Origin: Octopus sinensis
Lineage: Eukaryota
Length of the DNA stretch: 64,000 bases
Assembly: GCF_006345805.1 (NCBI RefSeq)
Contig: NC_042997.1
Location: 154,752,001 to 154,816,000 of the forward strand
Reading direction: 5' to 3'
The position numbers and the translations under genes are program-made. The notes below the pieces were generated by a model. It saw nothing but the letters and a program-made list of their open reading frames with translations, was not told the origin of the DNA and made no database searches. Below, piece by piece: positions 40,554 through 53,667 of this stretch (positions within the stretch are counted from its first letter, which is position 1; each line of letters opens with the position of its first letter).

Positions 40554-41055
40554 CTCTCTTTGTTGTAGTCCATGTTTCACTACCATACAACATTGCAGGT
40601 AGAACTGTACTTTTGATGAGGTTGGCGCGAGTGGTCCTGTCCAATCTTCCCTTGAGCACATCCTTTATACCATTAAACGCCTTCCATTCCGGAACAGAGA
40701 TTGCTAACGGCTCAAAGAGCCATGGAGAGGTCAATGCTTGGAATCTCGTTGAGAAAGCACATCAGTAGCGAGGTCATCAGAGAGAAGTCCGGCGTGAGGG
40801 ATGTCATCGCAGAGTATACACGCAGCAAGTTTAGATGGACACGTCGCCCGGCTCACCGCAGTTGTCGAGTGGTACCCGCGCGAGCGGAAACGACCACTCG
40901 GAAGGCCTCTACGACGGTGCTATTACGATTTCAGGAGGGCAATTGGGATCACGTGGATAAGAAAGGCGCGATCCAGAGAGAAGTGGACAGTGTGCTGTTA
41001 CCAACAGTGTCAACTGGACGCCCAACGGACTGGTCGGTCAAGGTGATCAAGGTGA
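40554..41055 (+). mobile_element. RTE LINE 3' end with 5' inversion, copy 1
   Basis: (-) WKAFNGIKDVLKG...VLPAMLYGSETWTTTKR joined to (+) EQRLLTAQRAMERSMLGISLR...EWYPRERKRPLGRP; tail tcaaggtga x2. Confidence 0.9.
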
Positions 41056-41142
41056 CATTCTTTTTTAACTTCTTGAAGACATGATGAATAGCTGTATATA
41101 TGTATAGATATGTGTGTGCGTGAGTGTGCATGTGTGTGTGTA

Positions 41143-41181
<39 letters not shown>

Positions 41182-41324
41182 GTGTGTGTGTGTGCGCGCA
41201 TCATAGTGATACTGCAACTATTCAGAACAGCCAATTTTTACCTGAATGCATGACTTTCCTCAAAACAATTATCTTTATGATATCTGTCATACTGCGTGAT
41301 ATTTAAGATGGACAATTTTTTTTA

Positions 41325-41831
41325 CTCTCTTTGTTGTAGTCCATGTTTCACTATCATACAACATTGCAGGTAGAACTGTACTTTTGATGAGGTTGGCGCG
41401 AGTGGTCCTGTCCAATCTTCCCTTGAGCACATCTTTTATACCATTAAACGCCTTCCATTCCGGAACAGAGATTGCTAACGGCTCAAAGAGCCATGGAGAG
41501 GTCAATGCTTGGAATCTCGTTGAGAAAGCACATCAGTAGCGAGGTCATCAGAGAGAAGTCCGGCGTGAGGGATGTCATCGCAGAGTATACACGCAGCAAG
41601 TTTAGATGGACTGGACACGTCGCCCGGCTCACCGCAGTTGTCGAGTGGTACCCGCGCGAGCGGAAACGACCACTCGGAAGGCCTCTACGACGGTGCTATT
41701 ACGATTTCAGGAGGGCAATTGGGATCACGTGGATAAGAAAGGCGCGATCCAGAGAGAAGTGGACAGTGTGCTGTTACCAACAGTGTCAACTGGACGCCCA
41801 ACGGACTGGTCGGTCAAGGTGATCAAGGTGA
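41325..41831 (+). mobile_element. RTE LINE 3' end with 5' inversion, copy 2 (tandem duplicate)
   Basis: Same structure 771 bp downstream; retains RWTGHVAR, which copy 1 has lost by a 5-bp deletion. Confidence 0.9.
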
Positions 41832-41923
41832 CATTCTTTTTTAACTTCTTGAAGACATGATGAATAGCTGTATATATGTATAGATATGTGTGTGCGTGAG
41901 TGTGCATGTGTGTGTGTATGTGC

Positions 41924-41954
<31 letters not shown>

Positions 41955-42336
41955 TGTGTGTGTGTGTGTGTATGAGTATAACAATGAGAAAGGATCAGAT
42001 AATCTAGGTGTATAACTGAGGCTGCACTCACGTGAGCTGCGACTGTCTGTAATTCTATGAAGGAGAATTTCCTTTACGGAAAAAGGTTTCAAACAAAACA
42101 AAAAATCCGAAAGGTTTAAGACCATCGTGGAGTATTAAGAATAAGTGAAGAATAAAGTAGCTGGCATTACATTTAATCCATGGTTTACAATTGTCTCAAA
42201 AACTTGCAGCAGAAAAATCAAACGTCATGGATATTGACATGGATGAGAACAATGGTATTGTTATTACTGTGTAATGTATATTACATAATAGGCACTGCAA
42301 TCATAACCTAACGAACGCATAAAATATATAAATAGA

Positions 42337-42802
42337 CTAGCTATTTTGACCCGTGCTTCGCTCGGGTTTTGGTGGTGGTGGTATTTTGTGCGTGTTGTCT
42401 CCTTTTCCCTTTCTTCTTTTGTTCGACTTCTTTGTCTGGTTCTTTTTATTGCCCTCTTCTTTACTCCCCTTTCCAAAATCCCCTAAACTTTTACACCCAC
42501 AATTAAAGATAACCGCCTCTAGCCCCTGCAGCAACACGAAAATCCACCATTATTCAAACAGCGCAACCTGTCTATCCAATAAAACTCAATTTTTACCATA
42601 TTCCTCACCATGGCAACCAAATGGTAGCCCCGAGCGACTTGCATCCCTCCTCACACCATTGCCCACGCCATTTCACCCCCAGGGTAAATTTTGGCGCTAA
42701 TCCGATCCCATCTACCGCCCCTTAAACCGTTCCCATCCCAAAATGAGACAAATAACCAAGAAATCAAAGAAATTTTTCGCAGTTCAGCTTTATATATATT
42801 GA
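42337..42802 (-). mobile_element. Non-autonomous Helitron
   Basis: Minus-strand 3' end cccgagcgaagcacggg...CTAG|T and 5' TC; homologous over its length to 54405-54859. Confidence 0.85.
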
Positions 42803-43174
42803 TTGATTTCACTTAAATAGGAACGATTTGGCGTTGAATTCAAGAAAGTAAATAGATAAGTCAAACCTATCTTTGGACTCCATGTATCTTCAGAGATTGC
42901 TTCCATATTCTTCCGTGTGTATATACATATATAACACGGGAGATAGAGTCTAACAATTTGGTTTTATAACAGTGTGGTGCTTGGCTCTTATCCACATGCA
43001 TCGTTGTGACAATTATTGCCTTTGCCAAGAGTACAAGATGTTTTATTTGCTCAAAAAGATCTGATCGGCCATCCTCCTCCATAACTGAAAGATTGTCATT
43101 TGTGCGTTGAATATTTGAAAAGAAATATTCCAAGGACACGATCATTTTTCTGTTTATGATGGCACTAAATTCAC

Positions 43175-43508
43175 TGCGCATGGCTCAGTGGTTAGAGCGT
43201 CGAGCTTACTATCGTGAGGTTGTGAGTTCGAATCCCGGTCCGGGCTGCGTGTTGTGTTCTTGAGCAAGACACTTTATTTCACGTTGCTTCAGTTCACTCA
43301 GCTGTAGAAATGAGTTACGACGTCACAGGTACCTAGCTGTATCTTCTGTTGCCTTTCCCTTGGATAACACTGGTGGCGTGGAGAGGGGAGGCCGGTATGC
43401 ATGGGCAACTGCTGGTCTTCCGTAAACTACCTTGCCCGGACTTGTGCCTGGGAGGGTAACTTTCTAAGTGCAATCCCACGGACAGACATGACCGAAGTGG
43501 GTCTCAGA
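43175..43508 (+). mobile_element. tRNA-derived SINE, near full length
   Basis: A box tggctcagtggtt, B box gttcgaatccc, core gtgttcttgagcaagacactttatttcacg. Confidence 0.85.
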
Positions 43509-43684
43509 GACTTATATAAATCCGTTACTTATATTCTAGGTTCTGCAACAGAAACAAACTGATATAACCTATAGGATAATATTTACAATACTGCGAAGCA
43601 GTGAGACTTCATAACCTTTTAAAATTATTCAGCTGGTATAAGGATGGAATTTAGTCGAAAGAAATGTTCATAAGTTTATATGCA

Positions 43685-43730
<46 letters not shown>

Positions 43731-43796
43731 CGTGTGTGGTTCAGGATAACTACAGAATGCGGCCAATGCTAACGCTCTAAATTTTTATGGCACCAT

Positions 43797-43827
<31 letters not shown>

Positions 43828-44167
43828 AGAGAAAGAGAGAGAGTGTGTGTGCAAGAGAAAGAGGGGAGACATTGCTTCTCAAGTGTGTTAATTTTATCTA
43901 ATCTGTAACATATGTAAGCCTACGGACAAGACATATGTAAAATACACACGCACACGCACACGCAAACGCACATACTCACATACACATGTGAGTGTGTATA
44001 CGCGTATGTGTGTATGCGTATATTCCTGTATTGTGTGTGTATGCAAGCGTGCATATATGTAAATATTCTCAGAAGGCGTCCAGTGACCATAAGCAAACGT
44101 ATGTTTGACACCAAATGTTTCATTATCTCTTTTTTGACCTCACTCCACCAGTTCACGTTTTATCAAA

Positions 44168-44168
44168 A

Positions 44169-44216
<48 letters not shown>

Positions 44217-44275
44217 CATCATTACCATTATCATTATTATTATCATTATTATTGTTATTATTGTTATCATTATCA

Positions 44276-44331
<56 letters not shown>

Positions 44332-44350
44332 GTTGTTGTTGTTGTCGTTA
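44168..44350. repeat. (ATT)n/(ATC)n/(GTT)n microsatellite
   Basis: Direct reading. Confidence 0.95.
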
Positions 44351-44761
44351 TCTCTCTGTAGTTGTTATCTTTAACATCACTAGAGATTTACGCTTCAAAC
44401 CACCATAACGTTTCCCATTGATAACTGAAATCGTTTGGACGACCTGAGTAAAATTTGATTTTTTTTTTCCTCATTACAAACGAACTATTTGTGTAATGAC
44501 TTCGGATATATTTGTTATTAATCAAAAGATGTTATGTTGCTAATCTTAAATCAGTCTATCGGAAAATTAACTCATCTGTGTCATGTCTAATATGGGTGAA
44601 ATGATTAAAAGTATAATATAAAATAAAACGAAATGCTGAACTTAGTCACCGATCGTTCTGTTCCCCCTTGAGTACATTTTAACTGACAAAATATTGATTT
44701 CTAGAGTATATGATGTTAAATCAGGTATATTAGCAGCAGTACAGTTGCAATCTCTTCGTAC

Positions 44762-44825
<64 letters not shown>

Positions 44826-45065
44826 TTCTCTCTTCCTCTATCTCTCTATCTCTATATTTCTCAGTGTACATATAGATTCACATACACTCATTCTTACAAA
44901 CACTCAGCCCTAAAGATATTTACAATAAACAGTAGGAATCAGAATCTACGGAGCATCGAACGCAATACCATGTGGTAATAATTCACTGCTTCTTTGACAA
45001 TATTCTAAGTTCAAATTCTGATCAGACAGGTTTTACTTTTTACCCTTTCAATATATTTGACCGAT

Positions 45066-45281
45066 AAGGTGACGAACTGGCAGAAACGTTAGCACACCAG
45101 GCGACGTGCTTAGCTGTATTTCGTCTGTCTTTACGTTCTGAGTTCAAATTCCGCCGAGGTCGACTTTGCATTTCATCCTTTCGAGGCCGATAAATTAAGT
45201 AACAGTTGCGTACTGGGATCGATCTAATCAACTGGCCCCTCCCCAAAATTTTCGGCCCTTCTGCCTAGAATAGAAAAGAAT
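45066..45281 (+). mobile_element. Major SINE, tail B, with TSD
   Basis: atatttgaccgat is duplicated on both sides. Confidence 0.9.
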
Positions 45282-46198
45282 ATATTTGACCGATTTTCCA
45301 TTAGTGAAATACCTAAGTTAGTATATTTGTCTGTTCTTACTGTAGTTTTAAGTAAAGCGTTAAGTTATGAATAAATAAAAATGCAATTACGTCCATATAT
45401 CTTTAATGCCAAAGTGAAATTTGGCCCTGTCATCAAAATACATTAGATTTTAGCAGGTTTCATTATTTTTTTACGACTTAGAATGGTTTTCTCCATCCGC
45501 TTAAGGTTTAGAGAGTCACTCGTTAAACATTCTCAGCTTAGCTCACAACATCCGAGATATTCGTCACTGAGTAGACTAAACCATATCGAAACACCGTGTC
45601 TGGGTCACCAGACACGATGTTCTAAGTGACATCCTGTGTTTTTAGCACACAAGTGTCTTTCAGACGTTTCAGAGACAAATCACCTCAGCTAACGCCTTTT
45701 CTCATTTACATACACATTATGATTGTTATACTAACTAGTATTTAATCTAAGATTAATTCAAGTAAATATTTACATGTTCAATGGAAATAAAATCACATAA
45801 AAAGGTACAAAAATATTACAGTTTTAACGAGGATAAAAGTCACAGGAAAATGTTACGTTTCATTTAAATATCATCAGAAGTAATTAAATTAATTAAACGA
45901 ATAATATTTTGAATTGCTGATTAACTGCCAGTATAAGACTTGAACACAATCATATAACAATTCATTGTGTTGTTTCACTTACACGGAAAAAAAAACACGT
46001 TTTATTCTATATCACGTTTTATTCTATTCAATAAAACAATAGAGCTAAATTATAAAAAAAAACAACATTAAATCAATTATTTGTTGATGTGCACGACATG
46101 TTCACGTTGAAAACATAAATTTCCTATTTTTATCTATAAAGGAGAAAATACACCAATTGTCGTGCTTAGGTCTCGTCAATATATACGGGTACATTAAG

Positions 46199-46670
46199 GC
46201 GGCGAGCTGGTAGAAACATTAGCACGCCAGATAAAATGCCTAACAAAAATGTCTAACAATATGCCTAGCATTTCGTCTATCTTTACGTATTGAGTTAAAA
46301 TTCCGCTGAGGTGAACTTTGCCTTTCATTCTTTCGGGGTCGACAAATTAAGCACCAGTTGCGTACAGGAATCGATTTAATTGACTGCCCCCCCTCCCCCA
46401 GAATTTCGGGCCTTGTGCCTAGAGTAGAAAAGAATATATACGAATATATTAAGATGGCGAGATTGCAGAATCATTAGCACGCCAGGCAAAGTGCTTAGCA
46501 GCATTTCGTCTATCTTTACCTTCTGAGTTCAAATTCCGCCGAGGTTGGCTTTGCGTTTAATCCTTTCGTGGTCGATAAATTCAATCCCAGTTCAGTACTG
46601 GTAGGGTTGATGTAATCGACTTGCCACCGCCCCCGAAATTGCTGGCTTTGTGCTAAAATGTGAAACTAAT
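46199..46670 (+). mobile_element. Two adjacent major SINEs (tail B 46199-46432; tail C about 46454-46670)
   Basis: First copy is bounded by an imperfect 21-bp TSD (46178-46198 vs 46433-46453). Confidence 0.85.
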
Positions 46671-46684
46671 ACATATGATACAGT

Positions 46685-46834
46685 TCTATATTTACATTAT
46701 TTACGTTTGATGGATATTTGTCCTCATCTTGTTTGCTGTTAACACAACGTTTTAGCTGATATACCTTCCAGCCTTCATCAGGTGTCTTAGGGTAATTTAG
46801 ATAATGGGATCTCATTCCTAAGGTAATTTTTCGA

Positions 46835-46835
<1 letters not shown>
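46685..46835 (-). mobile_element. Penelope-like terminal repeat remnant with a degenerate minimal hammerhead
   Basis: Reverse complement gacac-CTGATGA-aggctg...cagct-AAAAC-GTT-gtgtt, next to an (AAT)n tract. Confidence 0.6.
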
Positions 46836-46903
<68 letters not shown>

Positions 46904-47217
46904 TATGATTATTATTGTTGTTGGTGTTGTTGTGGTTTTTGTTATTGTTGTTGTTGTTGTGCTGCTGCTGTTGTTGTTGTTGCTTTTTATCATTCTTTCT
47001 TCAAATTTTCTTCCATTTCTTGTTAAGTGTTTTCTGGACACCTAGGGCAGAGAAGCTCATTGTATGCATTCCCAGATTACACACGGAATATCACAGGTTA
47101 AATATGTATTTATAAAAAAATGAATTAATAAATTCATGAATGGATGTTGTTTTCACAGCGATAATGCTCTTCTCAGTACATGAGTTGTTCCAGTTAACAC
47201 TATTTTTTGCACTTCCT

Positions 47218-47252
<35 letters not shown>

Positions 47253-47256
<4 letters not shown>

Positions 47257-47322
47257 TCACTGCCTGGAATCGAACTCGGAATCTTGGGGTTAGTAGCCCG
47301 CGCTCTTAACCACTACGCCATA
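47253..47322 (-). mobile_element. Short tRNA-derived SINE or pseudo-tRNA with (AAT)n tail
   Basis: Reverse complement tatggcgtagtggttaagagcgcgggctactaaccccaagattccgagttcgattccaggcagtgacctg; A/B boxes present, stems broken. Confidence 0.7.
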
Positions 47323-47489
47323 TGAATTCGTGTGTGTGTGAGAAAGTCTATGGATAATTGGTTATGGTATTTAATTCATGATCATAAGGCTGTTGGTTTG
47401 GTTCCTGGACTGAGTAGGTTCTTATAAGTGTGCGTTCATGGCTGTAGTATAATGACTGAAACAAATAAAAGATAATATATATATACATA

Positions 47490-48889
47490 CAAGCTGGCGT
47501 ACCCGGTAATTCCCGGAAAAGTGGGGCTAATCCCTTGGTTTCGTTCTCATCATTGTTTCGCTAATCCAGTAGCAGAAATACAAAGTATGTAGCCCTTAAG
47601 ACGGTTTTTATGCATTTACTGAGAATACCGAACTGTCTTACACAGGATCTTGTTTTTAGGAAATCCCAATAAGTTATGAATACCCAAATTGTGAAGTCAG
47701 TTATGTAATAACCAAATGTGGAAAAGCCTTGACCTCTCAGATCTTGCATTCGAGTGTCTAGGTCAAGTAATGCCTCATTGTAAATAGCGTTATTGAACGT
47801 GCCAGTTTCTGCTGAAGTATGCCTTTGAATCCTTTCTAGATGCCTTTTGACATGTTGATTTTGTGGATCGCCCAAAGCTTGTGAGGTTCACACAAGCCAC
47901 ATGTCATCAACATGATAGAAAATAGCTGGCGCAGTTGACTTAGTGCTGTGCTGACTGCTGCCACCTCCAGTGTCTGGTCCCAGTGAGTATCGTCCTACAG
48001 TAGTCCATGTTTGGCGCAGGCTTCTCTGTAGGTCATGCAGACTTCCCATTGTGTCTTCGAAAGTCTGTGAATGATGTAGGACCTCTGACAGTGTGTAGCA
48101 GTAGATGCGGAAATAAGCACTCCTGCTGATTAGAGTGCACAGTTTACACCCGTCCGATGGCCTCACTTCCGAAGACAGCATCTTCTTCCCAGCCCTCAAT
48201 GCGTGTTCCTTGCTTGCGTCTGTTCCATCTGTTGCATACCCAGGTATAGTACACAGGAACCTCTACATACAACAGTGTTCGGGCAAACAGATCACATTGG
48301 CATAATTTGAAGAAAGCTGTCAAAGTGGTTTCTCGTGGATTCAGAACTACGTTTCGAGCATCATCTTCTGTGAAATATACACGCTGATCATTTTCAAGAT
48401 ATACATATATATTTTAAGGTGTTCCTACATGTAAACAGGGTGGGACCTTTGTGTTGACAGTGCATTTGTTTAAAATCAGAACAGTTCATGCAACGCTTGT
48501 CAATTGGCTGAAGTGACATGAAAGGCATCATTATTCATGGTATATTAGTGAATAAGTCACTAACCGAAATAAGTGGATCTATTGTTTAGGAAAATACTAT
48601 TTACTTGTTTAAGTCTTGTACAGGATAGATTGCGAAAATAACTCTAACAGTTCAAATACTAAGAAATAAGCACACTCAATTTCATTTATACCAAATAATA
48701 CAGGAAAATGAATAGGTTATTTCCCTTGGCTGTTAAAATAAAATATATTAGTTATATATAGAGATCCCTTCCAGGGGCCATATTGTCGATTTTTTTTCAA
48801 CAATCTGAGTATGCCATGAGGTTTTCAGACATGAGTTATACTCACGTGTCACGTTTCATCAAAATCGATAACACGATACATATATATAT

Positions 48890-48890
<1 letters not shown>
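47490..48890 (-). mobile_element. Internally deleted Helitron carrying a RepHel segment (about 47705-48400)
   Basis: LENDQRVYF...ETTLTAFFKLC..DLFARTLLYVEVPVYYTW...IGRV*TVH...LLLHTVRGPTSF; TYREACAKHGLL*DDTHW; IYNEALLDLD; 3' hairpin ccgggaattaccggg then CTTG. Confidence 0.9.
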
Positions 48891-49099
<209 letters not shown>

Positions 49100-50711
49100 C
49101 TTCGTCTGTCATTATGAATCACAGATGAGTTAGCATATTCCACGCTTTTCGCCAAAACTGCTTTCTGCTTTAGTTGGCTAAAATATGACTACTTGTATGA
49201 GCTGTAATCGGTGAACTTTGAAGTCCTAGTCAAATTACCAAGCCAATCGATATTATCAATATATTTTACTCAACTAAATGTATAGTGTTCGACCATCAGT
49301 AAATGTATTGTTGTTTTTTTACAAGCTGATTGCAATAGCAAATAATACATTGATGCTCACAGCTCCATATAGATATGTATGTGGGTTTGAGTATGTGCAT
49401 GTATATACATATATATCTGTATGTGTGTTTGTGTGTTTGTGTATATTCTGTGACTTTTTCATTTACATGTTCTACAAAGGTGACATCTTGGCTTTCATAA
49501 CAAAATAACCAGTGCAGTGTGGTTTATGAATATGCAAGTATATGCAGCCATGTCCATATGCGTTTACTCTCACTTTGAAATTAATTCCTTCGGTGAATCC
49601 ACGACGCGCTTTCGGAGACCTGGACATCCGGTACCCAAGTATCCCAGTTATAACATAGTGTTACTTATTAACATGCAAATAAGTGCGCACCAGACAGAAA
49701 CGTCAGCGTCGTGCTATTATCTAAATGTCCTGTGCCTTTTATATTTTGATAAATATCTCTCTGCTATTGTTGCAAGGCAGCTTGTGCTGTGTGGCAGGAA
49801 GCAAGTGAATCTGATGAAATTTTAAGATAACGTAGCTGATTGGTTCAAAACTCTTTCTAAGCTGAGAACAAATACTTATCATGAAATAGTTCTAACTTCA
49901 CAGCGTGATTAAGTCCCAAATTGGTACAGCTCCGTAAGTAAGTTTATTCATAATTTACAATATTCTTGAATGCTACATCCCTCCATGAGTGACAAGCTGC
50001 CAAAGTTTTCCCACTGGCTTCCTGAGCAACGACAATTTTAACATGTTTACTATATTACCCAACTTTAGTCATGGCAATGGAATATCGTTTCATTATGAAC
50101 GTTTAAAAATATAATATTGGTTGATTAAGTGGTGTATTCCGGAATTTGTCTATTTATCATGAGTCCAGGATGACGAAAAACTAACAGTAATGGGAAAATA
50201 AAAAGCAAGCTTCCATCTTTATTGCAGGCTAGAAAAGAATCTTTATATCCACGTAGAGGTCAATTCGTTTCGAAATGTTTCTAAATTTCGTACCCTTATT
50301 ATTTTCACAGTAAAATTTTCGTAATTTCAAAGCCTTTCTAGTACGCAGTTTTAATTTTATTATTTGCTGCCGAATGTAACTGCGTTTGCAGCGTGGATTT
50401 GAAAATATAATGTATAAGTATGCAGCACACACGTGTGTTTTCAGTACGTATTAGTTGTATAATATATTAATTTTAGCGGCCTCACTGATTAAGTACAAAT
50501 GACAAATTAATTTATTTGCTCATTAATATAGAAACTCGAGTTTGGTGTTAACTATAAATTTTATATTTATTTGTATACTCTCTGAAATTGCTGTTATACG
50601 TGGTTTGGGGTTTTTATTGCCTTTTCTAGCATGTACGGTGTCCTATCACAGGTCACCTCTTTCGCGTATAAATAATTGTTTGTACACTATTATATATGTG
50701 TGTTGTTGTTG

Positions 50712-51205
50712 TTGTATTTCGGGATGGTAATTTTTATTTTTTTGCCAAATAAACGCACGTACTATGTATTTATTCTTCACTCGTGTATTGCTGTTCTTAA
50801 TTTTTTATTTTATTTTAATTCATGTCCATTGCCCGGAAATCTTTCGTCATGCATCTGTGACCTCTTCAGCGATATTTTTCGTTTTCGCGTGTGCTCTTAC
50901 TCCACTACCTCTATTCTGTTCTTCTGAGATGTGTATCCTTATATGCGCACAAACACGAACGCAAACGCATGCACACATAAGAACACACATCTTAGAAGAA
51001 TAGAATGGAGTAGGTCGAGCAAAAGCACACACGAAAACGAAAAGTGTCGCTGAAGTGGTTACAGATGTTTGACGAAGGATTTCCGGACAATGGACATGAG
51101 TTAAAATAATAAAATAAGAACAATAATAAACAATTGAAGAAAAAATATATAGTGCATGTGTTTATTTGGCAAAAAACAATGATCGTCCCGAAATACGACA
51201 ATATT
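50712..51205. mobile_element. Long imperfect inverted repeat or foldback element (~215-bp arms, ~60-bp spacer)
   Basis: 50712-50927 aligns to the reverse complement of 50991-51205 (e.g. catgtccattgcccggaaat vs atttccggacaatggacatg). Confidence 0.85.
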
Positions 51206-51271
51206 TGTTTCAACATACGATTCCAAATCAGGAATCTTGCAAAGCGAATTGATAAACGTATTTATAATACA

Positions 51272-51656
51272 CTAGCAGTATCGCCCGGCGTTGCTCAGGT
51301 TTGTAAGGGAAATAACTATAAAGCATTTTTAGAGAGTTATAGCCAAAAAATAGCAAAAAAATGGAAAAAAATGATGGTAAATTTTTTTTTGAGATTTAAA
51401 AAAGGTGGAGTTGCGTCCCCTAGACAGTTTGTGGTTCGTGTTTCTGATTATCGACCCCATGTCGAATTTATGGATTTTTTTCAGAACTGGGGGAACTTTT
51501 CAAAATTTTCGCTGCGTTAGTTTTGAATTATGACATTGGGCTATGTGTGTGTCAAGTTTCATCAGAATCGGTTGAAAGCCGTGGTCAGGGTGAGGGTACA
51601 AGCAAACAGACACACAGAAACACGCACAGACAAACTGCCGTTTATATAGAGAGAGA
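51272..51656 (-). mobile_element. Non-autonomous Helitron
   Basis: Same 3' ~100 bp as 35375 (ctagcagtatcgcccggcgttgctc) but a different remainder; 5' TC at 51656. Confidence 0.85.
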
Positions 51657-53419
51657 TTTGCCATCATTTGCTTTTTTATAACAGCATAACGAATCCAGAG
51701 AGCTGGATTGCTGAGTTGGTAAGAAAAAAGCGATGGACAAAATACGTAGTTGTATTATTGAGTTACATCGCTTAAAATGAGCTCAAATCACGAGAAGTGA
51801 TTTTTGTCTTGCAGCAATAGAAGATTTTTAATTAAAATGTAAAAGGTACAGGGCATTTAGATAACAGCACGACGGTTTTTTAAATAGTCTTGTATTTTTA
51901 TCTTACATCATTCTAGGGTAGATAAAATAAAGTATCAGTCACGTATTGGAGGACCGACCTAAATTACTATAAGCCTGTCCCACTTTAAAAAATTAATAAA
52001 ATAATAATAAGAAAGAAGTCATGTGTTCTTAAATCTGTGTAAAAGATTTCTAACAAGCACAAGGTCAGAAGTTTGATGGATAGAAGAAAAATCGATTACA
52101 TCGATTTCAATACTTGACTAGTACTATACCTTACCGACCTTGAAAAGCGGTACCTAGACTAGTGGGATTTGAACTGATTACATAAAGGGGCATAAGTAAA
52201 TACCTTACTCTATTTTCTATCACTCTAACATTCTCCCACTCAACCACGCATTTCTAACATCTTGAAGTCGATCCAACCAATAAGTTTTTATGCGTCGATT
52301 TATTAGAAATAGAAACTAAATCATCCTCAAATCAATCCAAAGCAAAATCTATCTTCGCGATATCTACTTCTAAAATAGCTAGTTACATACCATCCATAAT
52401 CTGAAATTACCCGGCGCATCCGTCTGACATGTTCTCGTCAACCATACTATATGTACCTGCTAGTGCCTGCAATAACCACTTCATTTAGTCATTCCTGCCC
52501 AAATTTTCAGTCCGCTAGAATTACCCACCTAATATATGCTTCAACTAATATATGTTCAAACTGAATCGCAGCCGCGTCACTCACCAACATGGAACAGCCT
52601 GCTAAAATGGAGAATACTGTCTTTCCATTTCCAAGCCATCAAAAATTTATTCCGTGGTGTTAAATCAAAATCTTGATATTGTTATCAAACATATATATAC
52701 AAATACACTCACGAAGCATGCACACAAATATGTAGGAAATAAAAATATACAAGCTGCCGTTTACAAGCAGTCTTCATTTCAAAATTATCATAACTATTCT
52801 ATATTGCATATATATACTACTAAAATAAAGCAAAACAATCTTAAAACTGGAGATGCTTAAAGCTAAAAGCTGTCTGAACTCTAAATGGTTAAAGCATTAA
52901 GCTGAAATTTCTTCTAAGATTGCTTCTAAGTTTGATTGCTCGGTTACTTCAAATATCAAAGATGACCAGAAACTTTAAGAGATTCTAGTGATCTTTCAGT
53001 GGAAAATCACATAGCTTATGGAACAAAAGAATATTGATTAATTCCATTTGATTAATCTGTCATAAATCTTTTTTTGTTTTAATGGAGTTGATGTACCGTA
53101 CGTAAAGAAAAATCTTGGCATCTCTTCTGAAGTGAGGTTAATGACAACGAAGTGGCATTTTTTTTTTAACTTTTAATAAGCAATAGATTCCATCAAACAG
53201 TGAAATGGAGGTTTGTCTTATGAATTACTTCTTTGATGAGAAATACCCACCATTTTCTCTCACTTAATGCTATAGTCAAAGCAATCTCACTATTATGTAT
53301 ATGTGTGTGAGAGAGACAGAGAGAGTGGAGAGAGAACATAGGTTTATAATTGCATACTTCAATAAGACACAGAATATAACATAACAATCCTCTGATAGTT
53401 ATTGAAAAATACTAATACT

Positions 53420-53422
53420 TGT

Positions 53423-53457
<35 letters not shown>

Positions 53458-53464
53458 TAGTAGT

Positions 53465-53496
<32 letters not shown>

Positions 53497-53506
53497 CAGC
53501 AGCAGC

Positions 53507-53542
<36 letters not shown>

Positions 53543-53558
53543 TGTAGTAGTAGTAGTA
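53420..53558. repeat. (AGC)n/(AGT)n microsatellite
   Basis: Direct reading; source of the poly-S/T/A ORFs. Confidence 0.95.
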
Positions 53559-53667
53559 AAAATAAAATCTATTTTATAACGAGAATCATGCATCTGTGGC
53601 CGTCCGTCCCACGCTCAAATCAAAATGATTTTTAAGTCATTTTTATTTTTAATACTTGAGTCAAGAA

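Noticed and set aside
42867-43181. 104-aa non-repetitive minus-strand ORF
   Set aside because: No recognisable motif or convincing splice sites; its start overlaps a SINE head
45590-45621. 32-nt hairpin aacaccgtgtctgg-gtca-ccagacacgatgtt
   Set aside because: Short, with no Helitron CTRR at the expected spacing or other context
45850-45885. Minus-strand CTGATGA...GAAACGTA hammerhead-like string
   Set aside because: No stem I and no 10.1-11.1 pair; likely chance in AT-rich DNA
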